Source of the DNA: an uncultured bacterium
Lineage (GTDB): Bacteria > Chloroflexota > UBA5177 > JANWHV01
DNA: 64,000 bases
Assembly (NCBI GenBank): GCA_963827235.1
Contig: CAWHAE010000009.1
Location: forward strand, 416,001 to 480,000
Reading direction: 5' to 3'
Shown: positions 53,081 to 63,701 of the stretch, one piece after another
Numbering within the stretch: position 1 is the first letter of the stretch
Layout: the number at the start of each line of letters is the position of its first letter
Position numbers and translations under genes: made by a program
Notes under the pieces: model-generated
What the model was told of the DNA's origin: nothing
The model's input: the letters and a program-made list of their open reading frames with translations, nothing else
Databases searched by the model: none

Positions 53081-54946
53081 CTACTTGCCGATCAGCACGA
53101 AGAGATCGGTGCGGAGCGTCTTGCCGTTATCCTGCGAGCTAGTGCCTGCTTCCATCGCCTTCATCGGCAGCAGCAACGGCCTCACCTGCTCGTATGAGGC
53201 CTTGTCCGCCTTGGACATGGTCCCCAGGGCAACCCCTTCCAGGAGCGTGCGCAGGGACGTGATGTCCAGGTACATCGTCGCCGTGGAGTGCTTCGGCAAC
53301 CCTGCCGCTGCCTGCAGGTACGTGCTGCTGGCCGCCAGACTATCGCCTGGATGGGAGAGCGTTGCCTGGATCGACGTCATCACGCTCTTGATCGCCGTGG
53401 AGGCGACCAACCACTGCTGCATGGTCGCGTAGCCGTAGCCGGCGGTGTTGGCGAATTCCATGCCGCCGTTCGCCAGCGCAGTCTGCTTGAGCACACTCTG
53501 GGAACTCGACGCGCTCGATCCGCCGGCCAGGGAGAGGAGGCTAGAGACGACCGCGCCGGCCGCGGTGGGGTCCTTCACGCCGAACAACGCCGCCAGAGGC
53601 AGTCCGCCGATATTGCCAGCGGTCAGGGCAGCGGCGTCCTTGGGGGTCATGGGCAAGATGCCGATCGCGGACTCGCCGGTGAGCAGGTTGAGCACGCCCG
53701 AGAACGAGGTGGTGAGCTGATCGTAGGTCTTCGCGTCCTGCGCGCTGGATGCGGCCTTGAGCGTGTTGAGCACACTGGTGATCACGCCTTGCAGGTCGCC
53801 GATCGAGAGGTAGAACATGGTGCCCGTGGGAAGCAGGGTCGCGCCCTTGTCCGGCGTGACCTTCGCCGCCTGCTGCTTGCCGGCCACGTTGAGCAGCTGC
53901 ACGCTCTCGATCTGGAGGCCGTTCGCCTGCGCCATGATCGAGGCGCCGAGTGCCCCGAACTCCTTGTCAACCCTGCCCGCGCTCGGCACCGTGCCCGTCA
54001 GGCCGGTGGTGCTGCTCAGCGTGCTGGCGACGCCCGACCCGGCCTTCACGAGGGCCGGAGTGTTCAGGTAGAAGTATCCCAGCCCGCTCGGCGGAAGGGT
54101 GGCAATCAGCCGCTGATAGCCGGCAGTGCTCGCGAGGGACTTTGTCTTGCCCTGGATGACGTCGATGACCTGCTTGAGATCTTTTACGGTCGGCGTCACC
54201 ACCCCTTCGTTGCCCACGATGGCCCCGTAGGTCGGCGATTTGCTCTTCTTCATGCCGCAGGCGCTGATCTGCAGGGTATAGTAGTTGACGCCGCCGTAGG
54301 TGCCCGCCGCCTTGGCAGCACCCAGGCGATAGTGCAGCAAGATGCCGGGCAGCGCATCGAACTTGCGCTGCGCCAGGATGCTGTGCACGGTGGCAGGCTT
54401 GATGGCAAGCACGATGGCAAGGCCCTGCGTCGCGGATGAGAGCGCCGACGACGTGCCGGTCAGCGGGAGGGTGCTGCTCACGCTGCTGAAGACAGACGGG
54501 TCCGTGATGGCGAGCGTGATCGAGCCGTTAAGCCACGACAGCACCTGGTTATCCATGTTTAGGCAGTGCGATCCCTGGGCGCCGGCAGCGCTCTTGACAG
54601 CGCTGCTGAAGCCGGGCTCGCTCTGGAAGATGGCTTCAAGCCCTTGCAGGTACTTCCCCTGCACGCCGCCGATCGAGGGGTTGACGCTGGCAAACATCGC
54701 CGTGGAGGCCGGCAAGTATGCGGCATCGCCCGGCGGCACGGCTGGCGCCGTGACCGCCGCTCGGGCGACACGGGTCTGCGAGGAAAAGGCCGCGGGCCCG
54801 GTTCCCACGAGCAAGGCGACCAGTGCGACGGCCGCGAACATACCACGCCGCCGGCGGGCGCGCGCGCCCGTGACGTGCCGCGGACTGATGGCCCCCGCCC
54901 CGAGGTCAAGGGTTCCGCCACCCGAAGTGCGCTCCATTGTATCCAT
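53081..54946 (-). CDS. DUF3352-like exported protein
   Basis: N-terminal hydrophobic segment; A.YLPA, WL.G.I..A, SLA....YQ....LP duplicated halves. Confidence 0.65.
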   Translation of the reverse strand: MDTMERTSGGGTLDLGAGAISPRHVTGARARRRRGMFAAVALVALLVGTGPAAFSSQTRVARAAVTAPAVPPGDAAYLPASTAMFASVNPSIGGVQGKYLQGLEAIFQSEPGFSSAVKSAAGAQGSHCLNMDNQVLSWLNGSITLAITDPSVFSSVSSTLPLTGTSSALSSATQGLAIVLAIKPATVHSILAQRKFDALPGILLHYRLGAAKAAGTYGGVNYYTLQISACGMKKSKSPTYGAIVGNEGVVTPTVKDLKQVIDVIQGKTKSLASTAGYQRLIATLPPSGLGYFYLNTPALVKAGSGVASTLSSTTGLTGTVPSAGRVDKEFGALGASIMAQANGLQIESVQLLNVAGKQQAAKVTPDKGATLLPTGTMFYLSIGDLQGVITSVLNTLKAASSAQDAKTYDQLTTSFSGVLNLLTGESAIGILPMTPKDAAALTAGNIGGLPLAALFGVKDPTAAGAVVSSLLSLAGGSSASSSQSVLKQTALANGGMEFANTAGYGYATMQQWLVASTAIKSVMTSIQATLSHPGDSLAASSTYLQAAAGLPKHSTATMYLDITSLRTLLEGVALGTMSKADKASYEQVRPLLLPMKAMEAGTSSQDNGKTLRTDLFVLIGK

Positions 54947-55239
54947 AACCTACCTTACTCCCCACACAGGATCAGAGGCGAGATCGCGGTGATGAGCCGC
55001 CAAGAGACGGCAACAACCCCATTTTTGGCTCTTCTCAACTATAGGCGGTTCGGCAGATGAGCGCAACGCCACCTCAGGACTAGAGGAATCAGCCCTTTGC
55101 CGGGAAGAGTGCCCGATCTGCGGCAGAGAACAGTGCCTTTGGTTCTGGTGTCGACCGGCGATCGCGGCAAGCATAGATAGAGATAGAGACAGAGAGGGCC
55201 GGAGAGCCGGTCCGAACGCTGTCTCAAAGGGGCTGCAGC

Positions 55240-56016
55240 ATGCCGTTTGTACGATCCAGCATCGACGACGCCATCGGCACGATCACCCTGAGCCATGGGC
55301 GCGTCAACCCTCTCAGCAGCGAGCTGATCGCGGCTATAACGGCGGCCCTGGACGAGATGTGCTGCCAGGGCGCCCGTGTGGTGATTCTTCGCGCGCCCGC
55401 AGGCGCCCAGATCTTCTCCGCCGGCCATGACGTGCGGGAGCTTCCGACCAATGGACGCGATCCGCTGACCTACAACGACCCCCTGCGCACGGTCGTGCGC
55501 AAGATCGAAACCTGCTCGCTTCCGGTGATCGCTATGATCGAGGGCTCGGTGTGGGGCGGAGCCTGCGAGCTGGTAATGAGCTGCGACCTGATCGTGGCCG
55601 CCGCCGACTCTACGTTCGCCATCACGCCGGCAAAGCTCGGCATACCCTACAACCTCTCCGGCATCCTCAACTTCATGAACGGCGCCGACATACATTTCAT
55701 CAAGGAGATGCTTTTCACCGCCGAGCCGGTGCCGGCCACGCGCCTGCTGGACTGCGGTGTGATCAACCACGTCGTGCCGCGCCAGGAGCTGGAAGGCTTC
55801 ACCATGGACCTGGCGAGAAGGGTCGCGGAGACGGCGCCGCTCGTGCAGAAGATCATGAAGGAAGAGATCCGCGTCCTGGCAAACGCGCATCCGCTGAGCC
55901 CCGAGGCTTACGAGCGTATCCAGGCCATGCGCCGCGAGGCCTACGACAGCAACGACTACCAGGAAGGGATCAGCGCCTTTCTCGAGAAGCGGAAGCCGGT
56001 ATTTCGCGGGAACTGA
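55240..56016 (+). CDS. scpB: Methylmalonyl-CoA decarboxylase (crotonase family)
   Basis: FSAGHD..ELP..GRDPL.Y.DPLR, EGSVWGG, TPAKLG.PYN, DYQEG. Confidence 0.85.
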   Translation: MPFVRSSIDDAIGTITLSHGRVNPLSSELIAAITAALDEMCCQGARVVILRAPAGAQIFSAGHDVRELPTNGRDPLTYNDPLRTVVRKIETCSLPVIAMIEGSVWGGACELVMSCDLIVAAADSTFAITPAKLGIPYNLSGILNFMNGADIHFIKEMLFTAEPVPATRLLDCGVINHVVPRQELEGFTMDLARRVAETAPLVQKIMKEEIRVLANAHPLSPEAYERIQAMRREAYDSNDYQEGISAFLEKRKPVFRGN

Positions 56017-56024
56017 GCAGCGCC

Positions 56025-57884
56025 TCAGCCGCCCAGGCTTGCGATCAGCTTGGCTGCGGTCTGGCGAGCCAGGTCGCTGGGAATGGCGAAGAACATGCCC
56101 TGCGTATCCTTCATGCTCAGGGTATTGACGCCGACCACGTTATACTTCTCGTCCAGCAGCGGGCCGCCGCTGTTGCCGCCGTTGATGAAGCTCTGGTGCT
56201 GGATCCAGACGCCGCCAAAGCCGTCGCCGAGGTCGCGGTTCAGCGCGGAGATGGCACCCTCCGTCACGGTAGGCGGTCCCGGCAGGTCGAAGGCGTCGCC
56301 GTAGCCCATGCTGATCACCTTTTGCAGCAGACGGAGCTTGCTGGAGTCGCCCCAAGTGAGCGGACGCAGCGAGGTCGGACGCAGCTTGACCACGGCGAGG
56401 TCGCCTGCTGTGCCGGCGTCGGCGCTATTCTGCTTGATGGCGAGCACGCTGTAGGTCACCTGACCGTCCGGCGAGAGGGCAAACATATTCTTGGGAGTGG
56501 CGCCTTCGACCACGTGCTTGTTCGTCAGCAGGTAGGTTCCCGAGGCGTCAGACTGGATGACGAAGCCCGTGCCCTCAGCCTGCATGCTGTTGGCCAGGTC
56601 GGCGTGCAGACGGAGCACGCTCGGCTCGACGCAGGTTGCCAGCGGATCGCTGGCCGTACAGGTCGTGGTGACAGGCAGCTTCGTGCCCACGCTGAAGAAC
56701 GTGCTGAACATGATGTGCCCATCAATCAGCAGGTCGGCACGATAGGCGCCACTGGGCCAGGAGCCGCTAGGCCCGGTCACGGGCGACATCTGCAGACCAT
56801 CCACGTACTTGGTAACGTACGGGCCGTGCTTGACCACCGTCTTGCCCGCCTGGTTCTTGACTACCACCGTGTAGCTCGTGGTGCCCGCCTTGAAGCCCTT
56901 GTACTCGAAGTAGAAGGTGACGATCTTGGTGCCGGCGGGGAATACCGAGGTCTTGGCCGGAGCGGGCGCAGTAGCGCTGGCCGCCCAGGCATCGAACGCG
57001 GCTTTCGTGGCCGGGTAGAGCGTGTCGATCGTGGCGCCGCTGCTGCCGCCCACGCTGAAGCTCGTATGCATCTGGATGCGCCCACCCAGGATCAGGTCGG
57101 CCGTATAAGTGCCGCCGGGATAGGCGCTGTCCTGGTCCGGGATGACGGTGCGCATCACCAGCCCGGCGTCGTAGCTTACCGTGAACGGTCCGCGCTTCGC
57201 GTAGACGCCGCCGGACGGGGCGTGAATGACGATCTGGTACTGTGTGGTCTTGGGAGTGGCGTCCTCATAGCTGAAGTAGAAGGCGATGACGGACGTACCC
57301 TTGGGGAAGGTCGTGGTCTTCGTGGGAGCCGCATCGCTGGTGCTCGTGTTCCAGGCGTCGTAGGCAGCTTTGGTGGCCGTATAGAACACCGTGGATTTGG
57401 CATGCGCCGCCCCGGTGCGGCTGATCGAGAAGCTCGTCACCGCGACCTGCTGGCCCTTGAGGAGCAATGACACCGTGTACGGGCCGGTGGCGAACGAGCC
57501 GCCGGGGGCGCCTATCTCATCCATGCGCATGCCGGCCGTGTACTTCACGGCAGAGAACTGGGCCGCGACGGTCGCCGCGCCGGTACTGTCCTTCACCGCG
57601 ACGCTGAACGCCGTCGCGCCAGCGGTAGCGCCGTCGTACTCGTAGTAGACGGCAATGGTCGAGGTACCGGCCGGAAAGCTCGCCGACTTCTTGGGCGCCA
57701 CGTAGGGCGTGGCGCTCGGATCCCAGGCGTCGTACGCATCCGATGTGGCTGTATAGAACGTAGAGACGGTCGCCCTGGCGGCGGGCCGCGCCTGCGCGGT
57801 GAGACCGGGCACGAGTGCCAGGAGCATCGCGAATGCCAGGGCAAGGGAAACCGGAAACGACGGCCTGACTCGGAGCGCGCGCAT
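56025..57884 (-). CDS. Secreted trypsin-like (S1C) serine protease with three N-terminal tandem repeats
   Basis: Catalytic triad motifs LTNKHVV, DLAVVK, GNSGGP; signal peptide; three ~115-aa repeats. Confidence 0.88.
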   Translation of the reverse strand: MRALRVRPSFPVSLALAFAMLLALVPGLTAQARPAARATVSTFYTATSDAYDAWDPSATPYVAPKKSASFPAGTSTIAVYYEYDGATAGATAFSVAVKDSTGAATVAAQFSAVKYTAGMRMDEIGAPGGSFATGPYTVSLLLKGQQVAVTSFSISRTGAAHAKSTVFYTATKAAYDAWNTSTSDAAPTKTTTFPKGTSVIAFYFSYEDATPKTTQYQIVIHAPSGGVYAKRGPFTVSYDAGLVMRTVIPDQDSAYPGGTYTADLILGGRIQMHTSFSVGGSSGATIDTLYPATKAAFDAWAASATAPAPAKTSVFPAGTKIVTFYFEYKGFKAGTTSYTVVVKNQAGKTVVKHGPYVTKYVDGLQMSPVTGPSGSWPSGAYRADLLIDGHIMFSTFFSVGTKLPVTTTCTASDPLATCVEPSVLRLHADLANSMQAEGTGFVIQSDASGTYLLTNKHVVEGATPKNMFALSPDGQVTYSVLAIKQNSADAGTAGDLAVVKLRPTSLRPLTWGDSSKLRLLQKVISMGYGDAFDLPGPPTVTEGAISALNRDLGDGFGGVWIQHQSFINGGNSGGPLLDEKYNVVGVNTLSMKDTQGMFFAIPSDLARQTAAKLIASLGG

Positions 57885-58089
57885 TGCGGATCTCCCTCCA
57901 GCGGCTGTGCCGATACTGCTCTGCATGATATCAAGGTGGCTGAGCAACCTTGACCGGCATCTACTATAGCGGCACGGCCCACCTCCGGCTATGACCTATA
58001 GGAGCGCCCTATACTTCCAATACCATGTCACGGTCTCGAGTGGGAAGCCGGCCTCACCCCAATGTGGTTCAGATAAGCGGGAAACAGGC

Positions 58090-60213
58090 TCAGCCTGCCT
58101 CTTCGTGTCCCGCCCCGGCCTGAGCGGCGATTGCCGGCACGCCGGCGTCGATCGCGGCCGGCCCTTCCTTCTCGACGGCCTGGTCCGGGAGATCGATCGT
58201 TCGCAGACGGCGCTGGTGGTAATCGAAGCGTTCATGCGCGTAGACGTGGGCCCCGGACCCGGGCACATGTTCGCGCCAGACCATCTCCTGCGGCGTGGTG
58301 CCCGGCTCCATGAGCGGGTAAACGCCGGACGGGCTCGGCAGCATGACCTGCACCATGTAGGGGCCGGGCGTCGCCAGGGCGCGCCGGAGTGCCGCCGCGC
58401 ACTGCGCCTTGTCGTGGACGCGCTCGCCCGGGATTCCGTAGCCGGCGGCAACCGCGGCGAAGAGCGGCCACTCCGCCGCCGCCAGCGTCGCCACGGCGCC
58501 TGCCAGCGTCGCCGCCAGGCTATCCGCGTCGCCGGCCGACGCGACCGCGGTCTGCAGCCCCTCTTTCAGCGTGTGAAGGTCGAGCGGCTCCTGGCGGCGG
58601 CCGCGGCGGCGGTCGCTGGTCAGCCTGCGGCCGCCGAAGTAGAGGCTGTGCCAGTTGTTGACCATGCCGAGAGAGGAATCGTCGAAGACCAGGATCTTGA
58701 TCGGCAGGTGGTAGGCGCCGATCGTGTCCAGCTCGTGCGAGGCCATCACGAGCCCGCCATCGCCGCAGCAGGCGAGCACGGGCGATCCGGGGCGAGCGAA
58801 GCTCGCGCCCACGGCCATGGGCAGGGCGCATCCCATGCTGCCCATGCCGCCAGACGTGATGCGCGAGCGCGGGGTCGAGGCCGGGAACCACTGCGCGGCC
58901 TTCATCTGGTGCGTGCCCACGTCGAACGTAGTCACGACATCCGCATCCATTTCCTCTATAGCCTGTGCCAGGGCGGTATAGACGAACTCGTGGCTGAGGG
59001 CAGTGCTTTTGGGGCGATCGTAACTCTGCACCGGCATGACGTGTCCGATCGTCTCTAGCTCGGCGAGCCACGCCCGGCGGTCCGCGCATGGCCGGCCCTG
59101 CATGCAAAGCAGCAGGCGTTCGAGCGTGTCGCGCACGTCGCCGTGTACGGCCAGGTCGACGGCCCGCACGCGATTGAGCTGGCGGGCATCGGCGTCGACG
59201 TGGACGAGACGCGCATGGGGAGCAAACGCGGCAGGCCGGGCGCCGACCACGCGATCGTCGAAACGAGCGCCCAGGCTCACGACCAGGTCGGCGAGGTAGG
59301 CGGCGAGATTCGCCACCATGGGACCGTGCATGCCGATCATGCCCAGGTGAAGGGGGTTATCGGTGGGCAGAGCGCCCCGCGCATGCAAGGTGGTGACCAC
59401 GGGCAGGGAAAAGCGCCGGCACAGATCCTGCAAAGCGGGCACGCCATCGCCCAGGATCAGACCATGCCCGACGTAGAGGAGAGGCCGCTCGGCGCTTGCC
59501 AACAGATCCGCCAGGCACCGGATGTCGTCGTCGCCCGCGCGCGGCGGCTCCCACTCGAATCCTGCCAGCACGTCCTCCCAGGGCCGCATAGTGGTCGTGC
59601 CGGCCTGCACGTCCTTTGGCAGGTCGACCAGCGCGGAGCCGGGCCGCCCGGTGACGGCGGCATGATAGGCACGCACGAGCATCTCCTGCACTGCCGAGGG
59701 ATGCTCGGCGCGCAGGGAGAGCTTGGTGGCCTTGCCGTCCGTGATGCCCACGATATCGATGGCCTGGAAGGCTTCGGGCTCGGCAGTGGTTGCCGTGTTG
59801 CCGGTCAAGGCCAGCAGCGGGCGGCTGTCGCGCAGGGAGTCGGCGAGGGGAGTGACCAAATTGGTGGCGCCGGGTCCCGAGGTGGCGGTGCAGAAGCCGG
59901 CACGGCCGGAGGCGGCGGCGAAGCCCTCCGCCTCGAAGCCGGCGCCCTGCTCGTGACCGGTGAGCAGATAGCGGTAGGCTCCCCGGTCGTGGGCGGCGGT
60001 GAATGCGTCGTTGAGCGGCAGGCTGGCGCCGCCGGGAATGCCGAAGATCACATCGGCGCCGCAGAAGCAGAGGAACTCGGCGGCGAGATCGGCGCCGCTG
60101 ACGAGCCTGCCGTACCGGGCGCGCCCGGCATGGCGGGGTCGCCGGGCACCTGGAAAATACCGCCGCAAGACTTCACTGATTGCTCTATCGTTGTGTTCTT
60201 GGGGCCGTGCCAC
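58090..60213 (-). CDS. ilvB: Acetolactate synthase large subunit (TPP-dependent)
   Basis: FGIPGG, HEQGA, TSGPGATN, FQAID, GMHG, RFDDR, GDG..N TPP motif; T-box upstream. Confidence 0.88.
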   Translation of the reverse strand: MARPQEHNDRAISEVLRRYFPGARRPRHAGRARYGRLVSGADLAAEFLCFCGADVIFGIPGGASLPLNDAFTAAHDRGAYRYLLTGHEQGAGFEAEGFAAASGRAGFCTATSGPGATNLVTPLADSLRDSRPLLALTGNTATTAEPEAFQAIDIVGITDGKATKLSLRAEHPSAVQEMLVRAYHAAVTGRPGSALVDLPKDVQAGTTTMRPWEDVLAGFEWEPPRAGDDDIRCLADLLASAERPLLYVGHGLILGDGVPALQDLCRRFSLPVVTTLHARGALPTDNPLHLGMIGMHGPMVANLAAYLADLVVSLGARFDDRVVGARPAAFAPHARLVHVDADARQLNRVRAVDLAVHGDVRDTLERLLLCMQGRPCADRRAWLAELETIGHVMPVQSYDRPKSTALSHEFVYTALAQAIEEMDADVVTTFDVGTHQMKAAQWFPASTPRSRITSGGMGSMGCALPMAVGASFARPGSPVLACCGDGGLVMASHELDTIGAYHLPIKILVFDDSSLGMVNNWHSLYFGGRRLTSDRRRGRRQEPLDLHTLKEGLQTAVASAGDADSLAATLAGAVATLAAAEWPLFAAVAAGYGIPGERVHDKAQCAAALRRALATPGPYMVQVMLPSPSGVYPLMEPGTTPQEMVWREHVPGSGAHVYAHERFDYHQRRLRTIDLPDQAVEKEGPAAIDAGVPAIAAQAGAGHEEAG

Positions 60214-60239
60214 CGTCTACCTCCCGGCCGCCGGGCAAC

Positions 60240-60520
60240 AAAAAACCCGTCCCTCGACAGGGACGGGCTTGCAGCCCGCGGTACCACCCTCTTTAGCCCG
60301 CCATTGCTGCCCGTGCCGGGCACGGCAAGCTCACTCGTCTGGGTACGTGTTCATACCCACGCCAGGGTAACGGGTAGCGACCCCGGCCACGCCTACCGCG
60401 GCGTACCGCGGATCAGGTGGCAGCTTGGGAATGATCTTCGGGCTGCGCGCTCCACCCCGTCGCACCGACCCGGGGCTCTCTAAGGAGGCGTGGTGCAGCC
60501 GTACTGTTTCCCTCAACGCC
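60240..60520 (-). ncRNA. T-box riboswitch (Ile specifier ATC) with terminator
   Basis: Minus strand: AGTA, AGAGA, GGTGCGA stem-I motifs; GAAG-ATC specifier (60433-60435); AGGGTGGTACCGCG T-box (60277-60290); terminator CCCGTCCCT/AGGGACGGG plus T-run (60240-60267). Confidence 0.9.
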
Positions 60521-60599
60521 GATGACGGTAGTATGGCGGAACGGCGCGGGGCTGTCAATGCGGCAGCAAGGCGATCGCGCGAGCCGACATCATGTGGTT

Positions 60600-61230
60600 G
60601 TAAACCGCTATGGTACGTATTCGCTCGCAGGGCAGTTGATTGCCGCCATCGCCTTGCTGCAGGCATGGCACCTGCTCTGGCAGGGTTGGGACGGATCTGC
60701 ATGGTCATTGAGTGCAGAGGCGTTCTTCTACCTGCTCTTCCGCTTTGTTGCGCCCGCGTCTTCCCGTCTAGCCTTGCGTAGGCCAGGAGCCACGTTCGCA
60801 GCGATATGGAGCAGCGCACTTCTGTTCCCGCTCGCGTAATTGGCCTGCACCGCAGCGCCGAGTGGTGGCAGTATGATGCGGCATACTGACGCCCCTTCGC
60901 GGCACCACAGAGGGGCTGTACGATGTCGCTGTCTACGTGCCATTGGCGCGCTTACCGGAGTTCTTGTTCGGGATCGTGGTGTGCGCGCTGTTTGTTCACT
61001 GTTCTCAGCAGCGCTGCATTGCACCCGTCTGACTCTCACCACTGGCTGCGCTTCCTATTGGCCTCGTGCTGGCCCACGCCTTGCCACTGCCCGCAATGAC
61101 GCTGTATACGGGCTTCCTCGACCCTCTCTGGGCACCTCTTCTCGTCGGCCTGCAGCGACTCCGGCCGGGACGAGTCGCGTCCTATCGCTGCGCGCTTCAA
61201 TGCGTCTCGGAGAAGCATTATATGCCCGGC
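60600..61230 (+). pseudogene. Acyltransferase-3 (OafA-like) remnant
   Basis: AWSLSAEAFFYLLF, P.ARLPEFLFG and LGEALY motifs separated by stops and frameshifts. Confidence 0.6.
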
Positions 61231-61298
61231 CTGCCGGGCTGATCGACTGTTTGACGCACGTGGACGGGGGGGATATTCAGGTGCTATGCTTGGACTGC

Positions 61299-63125
61299 AT
61301 GAGACGTCTCGAGCGCGGCATCGTGCCGACTGCAGTATGCATACTGATTCTTGCTGCCTGGCAGCTGTCGCGAGCACCTCGCGTCGGTTGGGCGCTGCTA
61401 CTATATCCCCTTGGAATTGGTCTCTGGTGGTGGGGGGACGCGTATCGCCACCAGACTGGTGGCAAGCGAGGAAGCGAGGAAGCTCGGCACTGCCGCCGCG
61501 CACAGGCCCGCGAAGCGGCGTTGCTCTTGCTCACTATCCTGATCGGCCTCGGGTACCGAATCTGGCTGCTGAGCTTCTACCCAGTCACTCACGGGTTGTT
61601 GACGGACGAAAGCAGGGTGGCAGAGAGTGCCAGCTCACTGGTCCTCCACCGTGGTGACTGGCCGCTCTATGTTCAGGTCACCGGCGCGGTGGCGCTCTAT
61701 CAACCGCTGGCGGCGGCCTTCGCGGCGTTCGGCGCCAGCATTCTCACGTTGCGCATCGAAAGCATGGCAGTCGGCCTTCTGCTCGTTCCTGCCGCCTACC
61801 TACTGATGCGCCAGTTTGCCGGGGCACCTTCCTCGCTAGTCGCCTCGGCCTTGCTTTCTCTGGCGTACTGGCCTGCCATGATGAGCCTGCTTGATTTTGG
61901 CTGGATCGACGGCCTCGTGTTCCAGTCTCTGGCTCTGACTCTGCTGCTGTTCGCATTGCGACGCCAACACGCCGCTGCCGCGGCACTCAGCGGTGGATTG
62001 GCGGCCCTGTGCTTCTACGCCTATCTGGGCCACCGGCTGCTGGTTGTTCCGGTGATCTGCCTTGCCACCTGGCATTTTCTTTTTGGCGCGGAGCAGCGAG
62101 CACTGCGGTGGCGCGTCTTTCTCGCCTTTGCACTCGGGTTTGCGACTGTACTGGCGCCGTGGTTGGCTACCATTGGCGGCCAGCCCTCGCTGATGTATGG
62201 CGATTCAACGGGCCTCACGGCCGACTTCACCACGCAGCTTCATCACGACCCTGCCGGCGCGTTGAGCGGTCTCCTGAAATCTGCAGCCTTGCTGGCCCGT
62301 TCCCTGCTGGTCAGCCCACAATCTCACGAGTGGCCGATGTTCGCGCCGCCGTTCGGCGGTGTGCTCGATCCCGTTCTGGCCGTGCTGGCAATCATCTCGA
62401 TCGCAGGGCTCCTCACGTTGCGACCGCGGCTGCACGCCGGTGTGCTGGCGCTCTGCATCCTCATTCCCTTCGCGGCGGCGAGCACCGTCGTCCCCGTCTT
62501 CCTCAACTCGTACAGGCTGTCAGGAGTGATCCCGGCAGCCTTCGTGCTCATCGCCGTCACCGTAGAAAGGATGTGGCGCTTGGGCAGTGCACGATGCCCG
62601 AGCGGCGTCACCGCGGCGCTGCTGGCCGCGATGCTAGTGACGTCAGGGCTCCTCAATGTGCACACCGCGGCTGACCGGCTTTCCAGCTGTTCGTCCGTGG
62701 CAGGCACGCCCGGATTCTTGCGGAACGAAGGCATCCAGGGAGCGCTGCTTGCCACCTGGGTAAACCGGATGGGACCGGGAGAGACGGTCTATGTGGTGCA
62801 GGCTGCCGTTTCCACCTTCATCGATCCGGTGGCCGACTGGCAGTGGCTCTACCGCATGCCGCTGCCGGTCAGCTTCGTGGCCGGCCCTCCAGGATCGAGC
62901 CCCGCCTCGTGGGAGCCGGCCGTGAGCTGGTTACTGCCGCGCAAAGGGCAGCGATTCTGGCCGCCGCGCGCTGCCGGCTCCGGGCCGTATGTCACCTATA
63001 TCGCCATCGATCCGGGGACTCAATGGTTCATACCGTGGCTGCGGCAACGGTATCCGGGCGGGCGCGCATCGACGATGCAGACGGCGGTTTGTCCGACGAT
63101 TACGATGACGGCATACACGCTCTAG
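61299..63125 (+). CDS. Polytopic glycosyltransferase (GT39/ArnT/PMT-like)
   Basis: R.......P..GL..DE, FG.S...LR, many TM segments, C-terminal soluble domain. Confidence 0.7.
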   Translation: MRRLERGIVPTAVCILILAAWQLSRAPRVGWALLLYPLGIGLWWWGDAYRHQTGGKRGSEEARHCRRAQAREAALLLLTILIGLGYRIWLLSFYPVTHGLLTDESRVAESASSLVLHRGDWPLYVQVTGAVALYQPLAAAFAAFGASILTLRIESMAVGLLLVPAAYLLMRQFAGAPSSLVASALLSLAYWPAMMSLLDFGWIDGLVFQSLALTLLLFALRRQHAAAAALSGGLAALCFYAYLGHRLLVVPVICLATWHFLFGAEQRALRWRVFLAFALGFATVLAPWLATIGGQPSLMYGDSTGLTADFTTQLHHDPAGALSGLLKSAALLARSLLVSPQSHEWPMFAPPFGGVLDPVLAVLAIISIAGLLTLRPRLHAGVLALCILIPFAAASTVVPVFLNSYRLSGVIPAAFVLIAVTVERMWRLGSARCPSGVTAALLAAMLVTSGLLNVHTAADRLSSCSSVAGTPGFLRNEGIQGALLATWVNRMGPGETVYVVQAAVSTFIDPVADWQWLYRMPLPVSFVAGPPGSSPASWEPAVSWLLPRKGQRFWPPRAAGSGPYVTYIAIDPGTQWFIPWLRQRYPGGRASTMQTAVCPTITMTAYTL

Positions 63126-63179
63126 CGCGGTGACGGGCGGCAAGGGCCGTGTCCAGTGCAGGTCCGGTCTATTGTCGTA

Positions 63180-63552
63180 GCGAAGTTCAAAGCAGCAGAA
63201 CACGACCCGTGGATCTGGGGCATCTCCGCCAGTCTGGACTTGAGCTGCGGAGACAGCTGGAACAAGCACGCCAGAACTGCCAGCGGTGACGAGTCCGATC
63301 CCGGGACCACGCACTCCTTACGGCTATTGGCTCTTCGAGACGGACGACGCTGGCGTCTCCTGGCGCCGCCTCTCGACCGAGGGAGATGGCACGGGGTGGC
63401 GGTGGGTTACGGCGCCAGTCGGTCTGACGGGAGCATGCGCCGGCGATCCCTTGCCGGCGACAAGGTGGAGTCAACGCCGGCTTTCTTCAGGGATGACTCG
63501 CTGTGCTTTGACTGTGACGACGGCAGGATGTGCTGAATCCACGGCAGTATGA
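63180..63552 (+). pseudogene. Asp-box/BNR-repeat protein fragment
   Basis: LFETDDAGVSW Asp-box motif in a short broken ORF. Confidence 0.35.
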
Positions 63553-63701
63553 GTTCCCCGTCAAGGCCTTGGGACTCGGCGCCATTTCTGACCCGGCGCA
63601 CATCGCCGGCCGAGTCAGCTATGTGCGCTGCATGCCTCCGATCCGCGGGCAGGACAGAGGCGGACGCTCAAAGCATCAAGACCAGAGAGATCCGTGAGCA
63701 C

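Noticed and set aside
55173-55200. Purine-rich AGATAG/AGAGAC microrepeat upstream of scpB
   Set aside because: Short and imperfect; no functional evidence
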